Origin: a virus
Lineage: Duplodnaviria; Caudoviricetes
Direction: 5' to 3' (one strand)
DNA: 64,000 nucleotides
Virus record (IMG/VR): IMGVR_UViG_3300033463_000010
Coordinates: 128,001 to 192,000 of that record
Shown: one piece after another, positions 32,349-41,826 of the stretch
Numbering within the stretch: the stretch's first letter is position 1
Layout: every line of letters starts with the position of its first letter
Program-made: the position numbers and the translations under genes
Notes under the pieces: model-generated
Databases searched by the model: none
What the model was told of the DNA's origin: nothing
Seen by the model: the letters and a program-made list of their open reading frames with translations, nothing else

Positions 32349-33474
32349 TTATTTACGTTCGGGGTCTTCGTTACCGAAAGCAGCAGCCTGGTTACGCAGG
32401 ATTTCAAAGGCTTCTTCGGGAGTTACCTGGCGATAGCTCAACCCACCCACTTTCACCATTCCACGGAACGGTCGGCTGTCCTGCTTGTAATCCTGCAAGG
32501 TCCAGGGATTGTGCCCCGTCTTCGGGGGTTCCTGCGTGATTTCCTGGAACAGTTCCCACTGCATAGGGCAGGACGTTCTAAACCTAACCTTGTGGTCCGT
32601 AACAAGCGTGTAGTGGATAGTAACCTGGTCCTGCTGCGGTTCAATACGAACGTCCATAATATCTAGCGTATGTTCGGCAAACATACCCCTGGTTTCTTTT
32701 CGGGCTATGTATTCGGCAATCTTGTCTAGGGTCGTGTATTGTGCGAACAGCGTATCACGCAGGTTATTGATAAATGCTTCGTCGGGGATAGGCATACGGG
32801 GTTCCTTTTAGATACGGCTGAAACTACCGCTAATAAGCGTGTCCTTGCGGTTGGCGATAACGTTGTGAATGTGGTGCCACCTGGCGAGAGCCTTTGTGTA
32901 GGCTTCACGGACGGTCTTGTTATATTCGCCAACGGAATAAATTTCTTCGGAAGTCCGCTGCTCCGTAGAACCGTTGCGGACCCAGGTAATGACGATTTTG
33001 AATGCGGGGGAATTGGACATAGTAACCTCGTTAGATAGCCCAGGTAGGGAGTTGCTTTCCGTTCTTGAACACTTCCACGTTGCGGACGGACCACATAGAT
33101 TCGTAAGTCTTGAGTGTGCTGCGGACACTGCTAATGTGCTTATACTTGAACACTGTGGGTTCTTCGTGGAAGAAGTTCACACGGACTTCGTAGCATTCTT
33201 TCCTGTTGCGGGGCTTGTGTTCCTGGGACATATAGATAGTCAGTCCGTCAACACCGTTGGCAATCTGTTCGTCGGTGTATTCCCGCCAATCCCATTTAGT
33301 GCAGTTGGTATTTTCAATGATATAGTCAAAGGACTTCTTTGTGAGAACCTTGCGGTTATCCACCTTGAACCCGTTGTTACGCAGGTCACGGATAAACTGC
33401 TTCTTTGTCGGGTAGTCCCTTTCAATGTGCTGTAAAGCACCCGTATCATCTTTGACAGAAGCCTTGAAAATCAT
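32349..33474 (-). other. Three hypothetical CDSs
   Basis: 32349-32795, 32808-about 33020, 33031-33474. Confidence 0.6.
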
Positions 33475-33558
33475 TGTTATACCTCGGTGGTTGTGGGTGG
33501 TTGTTTTCCTTACACCCTAAATATAACAATTTACCAGGTAGCTGTCAATAGGAAAATT
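33475..33558 (-). promoter_or_regulatory. Class I promoter cassette
   Basis: TTGACA 33543-33548, TATATT 33520-33525. Confidence 0.85.
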
Positions 33559-33570
33559 AAAAATTTTAAT

Positions 33571-33609
33571 AAAAATAAAGCGGGCGGGTCGTTGCAATCA
33601 ACCCGCCCT
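33571..33609 (-). terminator. Intrinsic terminator
   Basis: GGGCGGGTTG-loop-CGACCCGCCC followed by GCTTTATTTTT. Confidence 0.8.
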
Positions 33610-34010
33610 ACCACAATCGCCACTCTACTCTTTTCGTTGGGACCTACGTCAGTCATAGGTCGGTCCCGTAGGGAACTTCCCTCGCAAGAGTCCTACAAGT
33701 CGCTTTATTAGCCACGGCTGCGGTTCCCGTGAAGCCCCTGGGTCCGACAGGGCTTTATCGGAGCGTTTTTAGTTAGGATTACGCACAACCCCCCAGGTCC
33801 GTTTAGCCACCTGTTTGGCGATAGCAGCACCCGCTAGAATCGGACTAGCAGCCTTATGGGGGAACAACCTACTACGGGCTTCGGTTTCTATTACCCCATT
33901 CAGCAGCACACACCCCTTGCAAGGGGTATGCCATTTATGGTGGAAGCACCAACTTCTCGGCAGGCATAACGTTTGCAACCGCTACACAAGCCTATCCACC
34001 CAAGTGCTGT
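33610..34010 (-). ncRNA. Putative structured ncRNA(s) with a tRNA-like acceptor and T-arm
   Basis: Lies between a class II promoter motif and a terminator, no credible ORF, many hairpins, AGCACTT/GGGTGCT acceptor plus GCTAG-TCCGATT-CTAGC T-arm. Confidence 0.6.
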
Positions 34011-34033
34011 AATTCTAATATAGCAAGATAGCG

Positions 34034-34717
34034 TCAAACTCCGATATTCCCGAACAGGTAGAACGGACCTGTAAGTTGTCGGAGGCGTTGGTTCGCCACG
34101 TCGTAGTATTCCTTGCACAGTTCGGTCCCGATAAACTTTCGGGCTTCCAACACGGCTGCTTCTGCCGTGGTCCCGCTTCCAATGCAGGGGTCAAACACTA
34201 TATCCCCGTGGTTTGAACTAGCCCGTATGAGCCGTCTAAACAGGTCCAGGGGCTTTTCCGTCGGGTGACGCTTGCTAGACTCGCAGGGGTGTCGCCATAC
34301 GGGGGATTGGCAGAACTCATTGAACGTTGCGTTGGACTTACGCATAAACACGCAGCATTCCACGGACGATAGCCAAAGGTGCTGCCCGTTCATAGGCGAG
34401 GGGTTCGTCTTTTCCCAAATACAGAGCCTTGTAGAAAGCCCCTTGTCAACGCCCGCCTTACGCAGCATAGACACCTGTTCGGTTCCACAGAAAATATAAA
34501 TGCTCCCCTTACAGATACGGATTACCTCGTCCATAAACTTGTCAAGCGGGAACGTTAGAACGTCGGCAGCTTCCTTGTTAATGTGACGCAGCCCGCCTTC
34601 TTCACGGTCGGAACATTCGTCGTAGGGAATATCCGTCAAGACCATATCCACGCAGTTGTCTTCTAGCCTTGCCATATATTCCAGGCAATCCATATTATAG
34701 AGTTTGTTCAATTCCAC
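34034..34717 (-). CDS. DNA methyltransferase (N4-C/N6-A, beta class)
   Basis: TDIPY, HPTEKP, FDPCIGSGTT. Confidence 0.92.
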   Translation of the reverse strand: MELNKLYNMDCLEYMARLEDNCVDMVLTDIPYDECSDREEGGLRHINKEAADVLTFPLDKFMDEVIRICKGSIYIFCGTEQVSMLRKAGVDKGLSTRLCIWEKTNPSPMNGQHLWLSSVECCVFMRKSNATFNEFCQSPVWRHPCESSKRHPTEKPLDLFRRLIRASSNHGDIVFDPCIGSGTTAEAAVLEARKFIGTELCKEYYDVANQRLRQLTGPFYLFGNIGV

Positions 34718-34974
34718 TTTTATACTTTTCCTTTTCGCTCAAAGTTTCAAGCATAGTAATCGGCAGGGTAGCTAACGCTGCAAGTGCCCAGGACACTTCC
34801 TCTTTCGTGATTTCGCCCGACTCAACCATTTTACGTGCTGCGTCCATAGGGGTGCGTGTTTTCACAACAGCATTCAACTTTTTCCAAAATTGCAGAATAT
34901 CCATAAATCCTTAAAATAAAAAGTAGCGGGGCAACACGCCCCACTACTACAAATATAGACAGATAACGACCTTT

Positions 34975-36291
34975 TTAGGTTGCGTCTGCTGCGGGTTCGG
35001 CTACGGGTTCGGCAGCAGGCTTTTCAGCGTAGTTGTTGCCGTATTTGGCAGGACGCTTTGTCGCCACAGCGTCTTCGTGTTCTTCCCATTTCGCCCTTAC
35101 ACGTTCTGTGAGTTCCTTCGCCATTTCGGGGTTGTCTTCACACAGCTTAATAAGTTCGTCACGGGTAAATTCTTCGCCAAATTCGTCGTCAAAGTTAGCC
35201 TTGCGTTCGGGGTCTTCGGTAGCCCAACCGATAATCCAATCCACGGAAAGATTAGCGTTGCCTTCCTGGGATTTCTTGTCTTCTCTGCATTCCGCAGTCC
35301 AACCGTTCTTTTCAAGCCACGCTTTAAGGTTGGGGAGGGATTTCTTCTTTGCCGTAGCACTCCAAGCGATAGCGTTAGCAGCCTTTGTGAGCAGCTTGCC
35401 GTCATCGCCACGCAGGTCAAACAGGTAGTCAATGTTTGACCCTATATTATCAATGCCGTAGTCAAAGTAGGCGGTATAGACGATTTCACGGAACGGACGG
35501 GGTGTCTTTGACTTCGTTGTAACAGCCTTGACGACCACGCCTACCTTTGTGCCCTCACGCTCAATAAATGCGAGCCTGGACAGCTTCAAGCGGGTATGGC
35601 AGTAGAACTCCATAGCGTCACCGTTGCCCGTCTTTTTCTTCGGGGCGAACGCACCCACGGCACCGAAGTTGCAGCGGGTCTGCGACACGATAATTAGCGT
35701 GAGTTTCTTGCGTTCCAACGCCTTGTGCTTGTTACGGAAAAAGTCCTGGGACAAGAACTTTGCGATTTGGGCACCGTAGTCACCGTCGTCCTTGACTTCT
35801 TCACCCTTTGCCTGCTGCTTTGCACGTTTGGCTTCCTTTTCCTTTTTGGTCTTGTCTGCAAGACCGTCCAGGGAGTCCACCGCATAGATACCATACATAT
35901 CTTCGGGCATCCAATTCAGCATATTCGTAAGTTTACCGTCCATTTCTTCAACGGTTTCGGAGTCTTCAAATTTAAGATTTCCAATCTTACGAACTTCGGG
36001 GTGAATGTTCACACCATACAGGCGTTCGGTCTTGAACGTATCGCCCGTTTCGGAGTCGTCCGACTCCCAAACAAGTTTAGCTTTCGGACCGCCCATAGCC
36101 CAATAGGTTGACGCAATCATTTCATTCTTGATAAAGGTCTTACCCGCAGAGCTATCGCCCCAAATTTGGATAATGGCACCGAACGGCAAACCATAGACAC
36201 CTTTATCGCCACCAATGAGCAGGTCAAGCAAATCGCTGCCCATACGCACACGGGGTTCTTCCACAACCACGTTTTCTTTCTTTTTAGCCAT
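34975..36291 (-). CDS. RecA/UvsX-like recombinase
   Basis: LDLLIGG..GLP.G.I.QIWGDSSAGKT (Walker A), AVDSLD (Walker B), GNGDAMEFY. Confidence 0.9.
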   Translation of the reverse strand: MAKKKENVVVEEPRVRMGSDLLDLLIGGDKGVYGLPFGAIIQIWGDSSAGKTFIKNEMIASTYWAMGGPKAKLVWESDDSETGDTFKTERLYGVNIHPEVRKIGNLKFEDSETVEEMDGKLTNMLNWMPEDMYGIYAVDSLDGLADKTKKEKEAKRAKQQAKGEEVKDDGDYGAQIAKFLSQDFFRNKHKALERKKLTLIIVSQTRCNFGAVGAFAPKKKTGNGDAMEFYCHTRLKLSRLAFIEREGTKVGVVVKAVTTKSKTPRPFREIVYTAYFDYGIDNIGSNIDYLFDLRGDDGKLLTKAANAIAWSATAKKKSLPNLKAWLEKNGWTAECREDKKSQEGNANLSVDWIIGWATEDPERKANFDDEFGEEFTRDELIKLCEDNPEMAKELTERVRAKWEEHEDAVATKRPAKYGNNYAEKPAAEPVAEPAADAT

Positions 36292-36306
36292 AGTAATATC
36301 CTGGTT

Positions 36307-36340
36307 AAAAAGGGGCGTTAGCGTGAGCCAACGCCCCCTG
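36307..36340 (-). terminator. Intrinsic terminator after SSB
   Basis: GGGGCGTTGGC-loop-GCTAACGCCCC-TTTTT. Confidence 0.8.
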
Positions 36341-36357
36341 TTTGTTTACGGGTTATT

Positions 36358-37821
36358 TTACTTCTTGCGAGCCATCAAGCGTTTGCACTTGTCGCACTTG
36401 GACCAAATGGCTTCGGGACAACGGCTGCACAAAGGCATTTTTTCACAGTCGGTTCCGAACTCATAACCATTCGGGCATTCGCCTTCGTCCACGTCACGCT
36501 TCGGCACAGACCTCGGAGCGGGCTTTGCGGGCTGTTCTTCGGGCTGTTCGTCGTCAAACGGCATAGTCGGTGCAGGTGCTTCGGAACGGGTCGTTTCTTT
36601 GGACGAATCCTGGTCCACGGCAGTCTTGCGGGAGTTGCGACGGGCTGCGGTGTAGGGGTCCGTATTGAAATCGGCTTCGTCAAGGGTAGCGTCTTTCGGT
36701 TCGTTATCCTTGAAGCGGGCAGGGGCTTCGTCCTGTGCAGGGCGACGACGTGCGGGTGCCTCGTCTTCTTCCTGGACGGGGCGACGACGAGCAGGGGCTT
36801 CGTCCTGCGGTTCTTCGGCAGCAGGACGACGACGTGCCTGTGCGGGCTGTTCGTCTTCTTCAACTTCTGCGTGGCGACGACGATTGGTCGGCTGTTCGTC
36901 ACCCATATCGTCGGACGGGTTGTTATCACGGAAACGTGCAGGTGTAGCCTGCCCTTCGTCGCCTTCGTCGGGCTGATTTTCATAGCCCTCTTCAACGTCG
37001 TCGGGGTCGCCATAAAGAGCAGCTTTAAGTTGGTCGTAGGTCTTAATCACCATCATAGCGTCAAGCGACGGGCACTTTGCGAGAACGTCCGCAGCGATTT
37101 CTTCCTTACGTTCGTTGAACTCAAAGTTAGCAGCTTTCTTGAATTTCTTGCCGTTGCCCATAGTGTCTTCGTTCACGTTGAACGACACGACACGACCTTC
37201 TTCAATGGACGTGTCGGCAAAGTTCACAACGCCCTTGCCACGCATACAGGCGGTGGCACGGTCCTGCAAGTCCTTTGAGAAGACAGCGTGGGACACTTCA
37301 AAAATCTTCGGGTCTTCGCCCTTGTCGTAAAATTCGTCGGTGAGTTCCTGGACAACGTAAATGCACTTGCGACGGGCAAAGAGCTTGCGGGCTTCGTCCT
37401 TTGTGCGTTCGTCCTTCCAAAGTTCGTCGGCACGTTCGCAAATCGGGCACGGCTTACCGAAGTTTTTCTTCGGGCAAATGTAGTCACCGTTCCCAGGTCC
37501 GATACGGGTATGCACCATAAGGTCAAGCACGTAATCCAGGTCGCCAACCATAACCTTTGCGGGGTTCGGGTTGCCGTTACGCAGAAATTCGGGTTCGTCC
37601 TTTGTGCGGACAACTTCGGGGTGGTTCTTTGTTGCAATCTTCCACGGAAGAATGTTAATGTCGTGGTAAGTGCCAGGGTCGCCCATTTTGAAAAATTTGA
37701 GTTTGGTGGACCCATAGTTCATAAATCCTTGACGGGTTACACCACCGTTGGATTCACGGGTATCTGTTTGCTGTTGGGTGCGACGACCCAGGGACATACG
37801 GCTGCGGTCATATCCTGCCAT
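36358..37821 (-). CDS. Single-stranded DNA-binding protein (gp32-like) with a repetitive acidic tail
   Basis: H..C......CPIC Zn motif, acidic low-complexity region with EAPARRRP repeats, located between the recombinase and mediator genes. Confidence 0.75.
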   Translation of the reverse strand: MAGYDRSRMSLGRRTQQQTDTRESNGGVTRQGFMNYGSTKLKFFKMGDPGTYHDINILPWKIATKNHPEVVRTKDEPEFLRNGNPNPAKVMVGDLDYVLDLMVHTRIGPGNGDYICPKKNFGKPCPICERADELWKDERTKDEARKLFARRKCIYVVQELTDEFYDKGEDPKIFEVSHAVFSKDLQDRATACMRGKGVVNFADTSIEEGRVVSFNVNEDTMGNGKKFKKAANFEFNERKEEIAADVLAKCPSLDAMMVIKTYDQLKAALYGDPDDVEEGYENQPDEGDEGQATPARFRDNNPSDDMGDEQPTNRRRHAEVEEDEQPAQARRRPAAEEPQDEAPARRRPVQEEDEAPARRRPAQDEAPARFKDNEPKDATLDEADFNTDPYTAARRNSRKTAVDQDSSKETTRSEAPAPTMPFDDEQPEEQPAKPAPRSVPKRDVDEGECPNGYEFGTDCEKMPLCSRCPEAIWSKCDKCKRLMARKK

Positions 37822-37972
37822 ATTGAACTCCTATTTGTTTAGTTTGCGTTTTGCGTTTTTGTTTCTGTTCACTATTCACATAACCCTTTGGAGCGGAGAA
37901 CCCCGCAGGGTTGATAATTCAATATAGCAACATAGCGACAAAATTGCTATATGTCATACTGAAAACTTTGAG

Positions 37973-38461
37973 TTACCTGCCGTTCAAATGCCTACGGATA
38001 GAGTTCGTGGATTCGTCGCTCGCCCAATCTTCGGCTACGCCTTTGGAACTCAACACGTTAGACTTTGACAGCATCATACGGACGGCACATTCAATCATAG
38101 ACTTCTTTTGGTCCAAAGCCTTTACCTTGCCGTCCAACTTCTTAAATTCCTTTGTCTTTTCAACGATTACCTTACGCTGCTCCACCAGGCGGGAGTCGGA
38201 CGCAACCAGGGCGGTGACTTCGGGGATAGTTAGCTTAACCTTGTTCTTTTCAGCGTCCTTACGGATTTCAAGTTCAACTTCGCCCTCCATTCGTTTGAGG
38301 GTGTCCGCTGCGTCGTCACGTTCCGCAAGGGCATCCACAGCCAGGTCGCTGTAATAGGCATACAAGGACGACTGCATAGCCACTGCGGGCTGCAAATCCA
38401 TAAAGTCAATTTCCAAGTCGGGGTCAACCGTATTTATGGAAAAGTTGTAGTTCCCGTTCAT
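37973..38461 (-). CDS. UvsY-like recombination mediator (coiled coil)
   Basis: Size, helical pattern (Q.SLYAYY...KLT...V.A.V.SD...KALDQKKSMI) and gene context. Confidence 0.5.
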   Translation of the reverse strand: MNGNYNFSINTVDPDLEIDFMDLQPAVAMQSSLYAYYSDLAVDALAERDDAADTLKRMEGEVELEIRKDAEKNKVKLTIPEVTALVASDSRLVEQRKVIVEKTKEFKKLDGKVKALDQKKSMIECAVRMMLSKSNVLSSKGVAEDWASDESTNSIRRHLNGR

Positions 38462-38502
38462 AAGGGTTCCTTTTGTTTAAGGGTTAATCGGGTTAAAAAT
38501 AA

Positions 38503-38575
38503 TGGACGTGACAGGGCTTGAACCTGTAACCGTCGGGTTATGAGTCCGATGCACTAACCATTGTGCTACACGTCC
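38503..38575 (-). tRNA. tRNA with CAT anticodon (Ile2 or elongator Met)
   Basis: GGACGTG/CACGTCC-A acceptor, loop CT-CAT-AA, T-loop TTCAAGC; stand-alone, outside the attenuated cluster. Confidence 0.88.
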
Positions 38576-38587
38576 ATTTCAGCCTAG

Positions 38588-39532
38588 CTACTTCAAGGAC
38601 CTGTAAGCAGCCAGGACAATGCCAGGAAATCCCGTGTCATAGGTGTTAATGGCAAATTCTTCCATAACACGGCAAATGCGGTCGCTGCTCTTTTTAAGCA
38701 GGATAGCAGAGCAGTAACCCAGGACGGCACGACGGATAGTTTCAGCGTCAATGTTGCCCTTGAGTTCCCGCAGGGACTTGTTAATTTCATTCCAGGACGG
38801 CTTGCTGTCGCAAAGGGCACGGCAAAGGTCCAGGGTATTCGGGTCGTCTTCAAGACCACCCTCCAGGATTTTCAACTGTGCTTCAACGTCGTTTGGGCTT
38901 GCCATAACCTTTTCAAGTGCAACCAGGGCAGCACGGGGCGAGCCGTCGGCAGATTCAATGATAGCCGTAAGAACTTTGTCGTCAACTTCAAACTTTTCCG
39001 CTTCGGCAGTCCGCAGGACCAACTTGCCCAACTGTCGGGCGTTGAGCGGTTCTAGCTTCCATTGGGTGCTGCGGGTGGCGAGAGCCTTACCCTCGTCGCC
39101 TTTAAGCAACTGCTGTAAGTTCGTCGTGCAGAAGAAGAAATAGACGTGGGCGGGCATATCCTCGGTAGGCTTCAAGAACGCACGTTTAGCATCTGCGGTC
39201 ATACCGTGGGCTTCGTCAATGATATAGACCACGGACCTGCCTTTAAGGGGCAGGGAACGCATTTGGTCCCTAATGTCACGGACGGTATCAATACCACGGT
39301 TGTCGGACGTATTGATTTCGTGAATGCTGAAATCGGGGTCAGCGTGAAGCAGCTCCGTAGCGATAATGCGGGCGATTGTGGTCTTGCCTGCACCGCTAGA
39401 CCCGTAGATAATGTGGCAGTGCGACACACGCTTCGGGTCCTGTGCGAAATGGGTTTGAATGGCATTGATTACCTCGGTGTTGCCTACCATATCGGCAAAC
39501 GTCTTCGGGCGATACACTTGATAAAGTGACAT
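38588..39532 (-). CDS. Clamp loader ATPase (DnaX/RFC-like)
   Basis: YRPKTFADMVG, GSSGAGKTT, IIDEAH, LKPTED, GSPR. Confidence 0.92.
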   Translation of the reverse strand: MSLYQVYRPKTFADMVGNTEVINAIQTHFAQDPKRVSHCHIIYGSSGAGKTTIARIIATELLHADPDFSIHEINTSDNRGIDTVRDIRDQMRSLPLKGRSVVYIIDEAHGMTADAKRAFLKPTEDMPAHVYFFFCTTNLQQLLKGDEGKALATRSTQWKLEPLNARQLGKLVLRTAEAEKFEVDDKVLTAIIESADGSPRAALVALEKVMASPNDVEAQLKILEGGLEDDPNTLDLCRALCDSKPSWNEINKSLRELKGNIDAETIRRAVLGYCSAILLKKSSDRICRVMEEFAINTYDTGFPGIVLAAYRSLK

Positions 39533-39533
39533 A

Positions 39534-40195
39534 TTACAGATTCCCCAGGGAAATGTTGTATTTAGTGGTTAAGAGTTTTTCCAGGTCGTCCTTGAGCGAA
39601 AGGACTTCGCCCATATTCGGGTCGTGACCCGTAAAGGTGCGGAGCATAGAAGACGCATAGTCTTCAAGGTTGGAGTTCGCAAGTTCCTGTTCCTTTTCTT
39701 CAAGCTGTTCTTCCAGGTCTTCAACACGGGAAGCCAGGGTAGCATTGTCATCTTCAAGGTTGTCAATGCGGTCTTCGTATTCAGCTACGAGCCTGTCAAT
39801 GCCTTCCTTGATTTCGTCAGCCTGGTCCGTGTATTTTTCCGCAAGCCTGTCAACGTTGTCCTTGATTTCTTGCAGGTCGGTGTCTGTTTGCATAGGTTAT
39901 TTCCTCGTTTTTGGGTTAAACAGTGATACGGGCACACGCCTTACGTGTGGACGGGTTCGGCACCCGTGTATTTTTGCAGCAGGCGTTCCACCTCGTTTTT
40001 GAAATCAAGAACGTCGTTCTGCAACGGCACGGTCCCCGTATATTTTTTGAGAAGTTCATAGCAGAACGATTCTGTCGTAATGTTATCCAGGACCGAAGCG
40101 GTGTCAGTCGGGAGCCTGTCAAGGTTGTCAAGGGCTTCGGTAACTACCGCTTGAATATCGCCCAGGTATTTCTTTGCAACTTCAAAGTTATTCAT
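39534..40195 (-). other. Two small acidic hypothetical CDSs (39534-39893, 39941-40195)
   Basis: Similar C-termini (VLSLKDDLEKLL..KY / VLDFKNEVERLL.KY) suggest paralogy. Confidence 0.6.
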
Positions 40196-40232
40196 AGGTT
40201 GGTTTCCTTAATAGGTATATAGTCGTATGGTG

Positions 40233-41009
40233 TCAAATTCCGATATTGCCGTAAATGTAGAACGGTCCTGTTAGTTGCTTCAATCGGGCATTTGCCTTGT
40301 CAAAGTATTCCTTATTGGTTTCAAACCCGATAAACTTACGCTTTTCCATTACAGCAGCTACAGCAGTTGTCCCGCTGCCCATACAGTTATCCAAAACTGT
40401 ATCACCTGGGTTTGAGTAAGTGCGGACTAAATAACGTATAAGGTCTTCGGGTTTTTGTGTCGGGTGTAGAAACTGATGGGAGCTATCAAACGTCAAAAGT
40501 TGTCTAGGATAGTTCGTCATTGTTTGGATATGGTCTGCGTCTTTCTCGGACCTGTTAGGTCTAAACGCATTCGCCTTATTCCCACCGTTATTTACTTTAT
40601 TGCACGGGATAGTCCCTTGTGGGTTGTAAATCATTTTAACCGCACTATTAGGGGCGATATTACCTTTGGAAAATACTGATATAGTTTCAATGTTCTTTAA
40701 GGGCATATAGGGGGCTTGTGCAAAATTCCCTTGTTTTGATTTGTTCCAATACCAATCGTATTTATAAAGTTTACGATTACTCAAACGTAGGTCAGATGAA
40801 AATGGCTCACTACCAAATAATACTATAGCAGCCGTATCTTTACAAATACGTTCATACTGATTCCATAATTTATCAAAGGGTATCACGCTATCCCAGGCAC
40901 AAGCGGTCGTGCCATAAGGTAAATCACAAATAATGCAGTCAATACTTTCGTCGGGTATTTCTTTCATACCCTCCAAGCAGTCCATATTGTAAATGCGGTT
41001 CAAATCCAT
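40233..41009 (-). CDS. DNA methyltransferase (N4-C/N6-A, beta class)
   Basis: CDLPYG, HPTQKP, LDNCMGSGTT. Confidence 0.93.
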   Translation of the reverse strand: MDLNRIYNMDCLEGMKEIPDESIDCIICDLPYGTTACAWDSVIPFDKLWNQYERICKDTAAIVLFGSEPFSSDLRLSNRKLYKYDWYWNKSKQGNFAQAPYMPLKNIETISVFSKGNIAPNSAVKMIYNPQGTIPCNKVNNGGNKANAFRPNRSEKDADHIQTMTNYPRQLLTFDSSHQFLHPTQKPEDLIRYLVRTYSNPGDTVLDNCMGSGTTAVAAVMEKRKFIGFETNKEYFDKANARLKQLTGPFYIYGNIGI

Positions 41010-41012
41010 ACA

Positions 41013-41825
41013 CTAAACTCCAATGTTCCCGTAGATACAGAACGGACCCGTCAAATCACGCAGACGCTTGTTCGCCTTGTCAAAGTAATCCTTGTCGGTT
41101 TCAAACCCGATAAACTTACGCTTCTCTAAAACTGCTGCAACCGCAGTCGTTCCGCTACCCATACAGTTATCCAAAATGGTATCACCTGGATTTGAGTAAG
41201 TGCGGACAAGATAACGGATTAGCTCAACAGGTTTCTGTGTCGGGTGGAAACGTTGGTCCAGGTCGCTCTTGTATTCCTTTGAGTAACTTTGGCAGTGCGG
41301 GATTCTCGCACATACTACGCTAATCGGGTAGCGGGTCCCGTCTTCCTGCGGACGGGTCCTGTGCATAGACCCATAGATATTGTTCCCGATAAACTCATTG
41401 TCCTTAAAGGTCTTTCGCTGCGTGAGAAATTCCTTTTTATCCACAAGCCATTTCTGCGGGTTGAACGTAGGCTTACCCGATTTGGAAAACACAATAATGT
41501 TTTCGTGAAGTTTAAGGTGCTTACTGTTTTTGCTGAAACCCGAAGCAGGCTTGTTTTTGAGCCAACACAGTTCTTCCCTAAATTGGGAAATGTTGCTGCT
41601 AATGAGCATACTTGTAAACGGTTGCGAGCCGAACAAAATAATCGGGGCGGTATCTTTACAGATACGGTTGTATTGCTCCCACAGCGGTTCAAACGGAATA
41701 ACAGAATCCCAGGCACAGGAGGTCGTGCCATAAGGTAAATCACAAATGACACAATCCACCGTCCCGTCGGGAATTTCTTTCATTCCAACCAGGCAGTCTT
41801 CGTTATAAATTCTGTTCAATTCCAT
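41013..41825 (-). CDS. DNA methyltransferase (N4-C/N6-A, beta class), start MELNR
   Basis: CDLPYG, HPTQKP, LDNCMGSGTT; tandem paralog of 40233-41009 with a different central region. Confidence 0.93.
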   Translation of the reverse strand: MELNRIYNEDCLVGMKEIPDGTVDCVICDLPYGTTSCAWDSVIPFEPLWEQYNRICKDTAPIILFGSQPFTSMLISSNISQFREELCWLKNKPASGFSKNSKHLKLHENIIVFSKSGKPTFNPQKWLVDKKEFLTQRKTFKDNEFIGNNIYGSMHRTRPQEDGTRYPISVVCARIPHCQSYSKEYKSDLDQRFHPTQKPVELIRYLVRTYSNPGDTILDNCMGSGTTAVAAVLEKRKFIGFETDKDYFDKANKRLRDLTGPFCIYGNIGV

Positions 41826-41826
41826 A

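Noticed and set aside
33825-34008. tRNA interrupted by a group I intron
   Set aside because: No D-arm, no reconstructable anticodon arm and no recognisable P7 core
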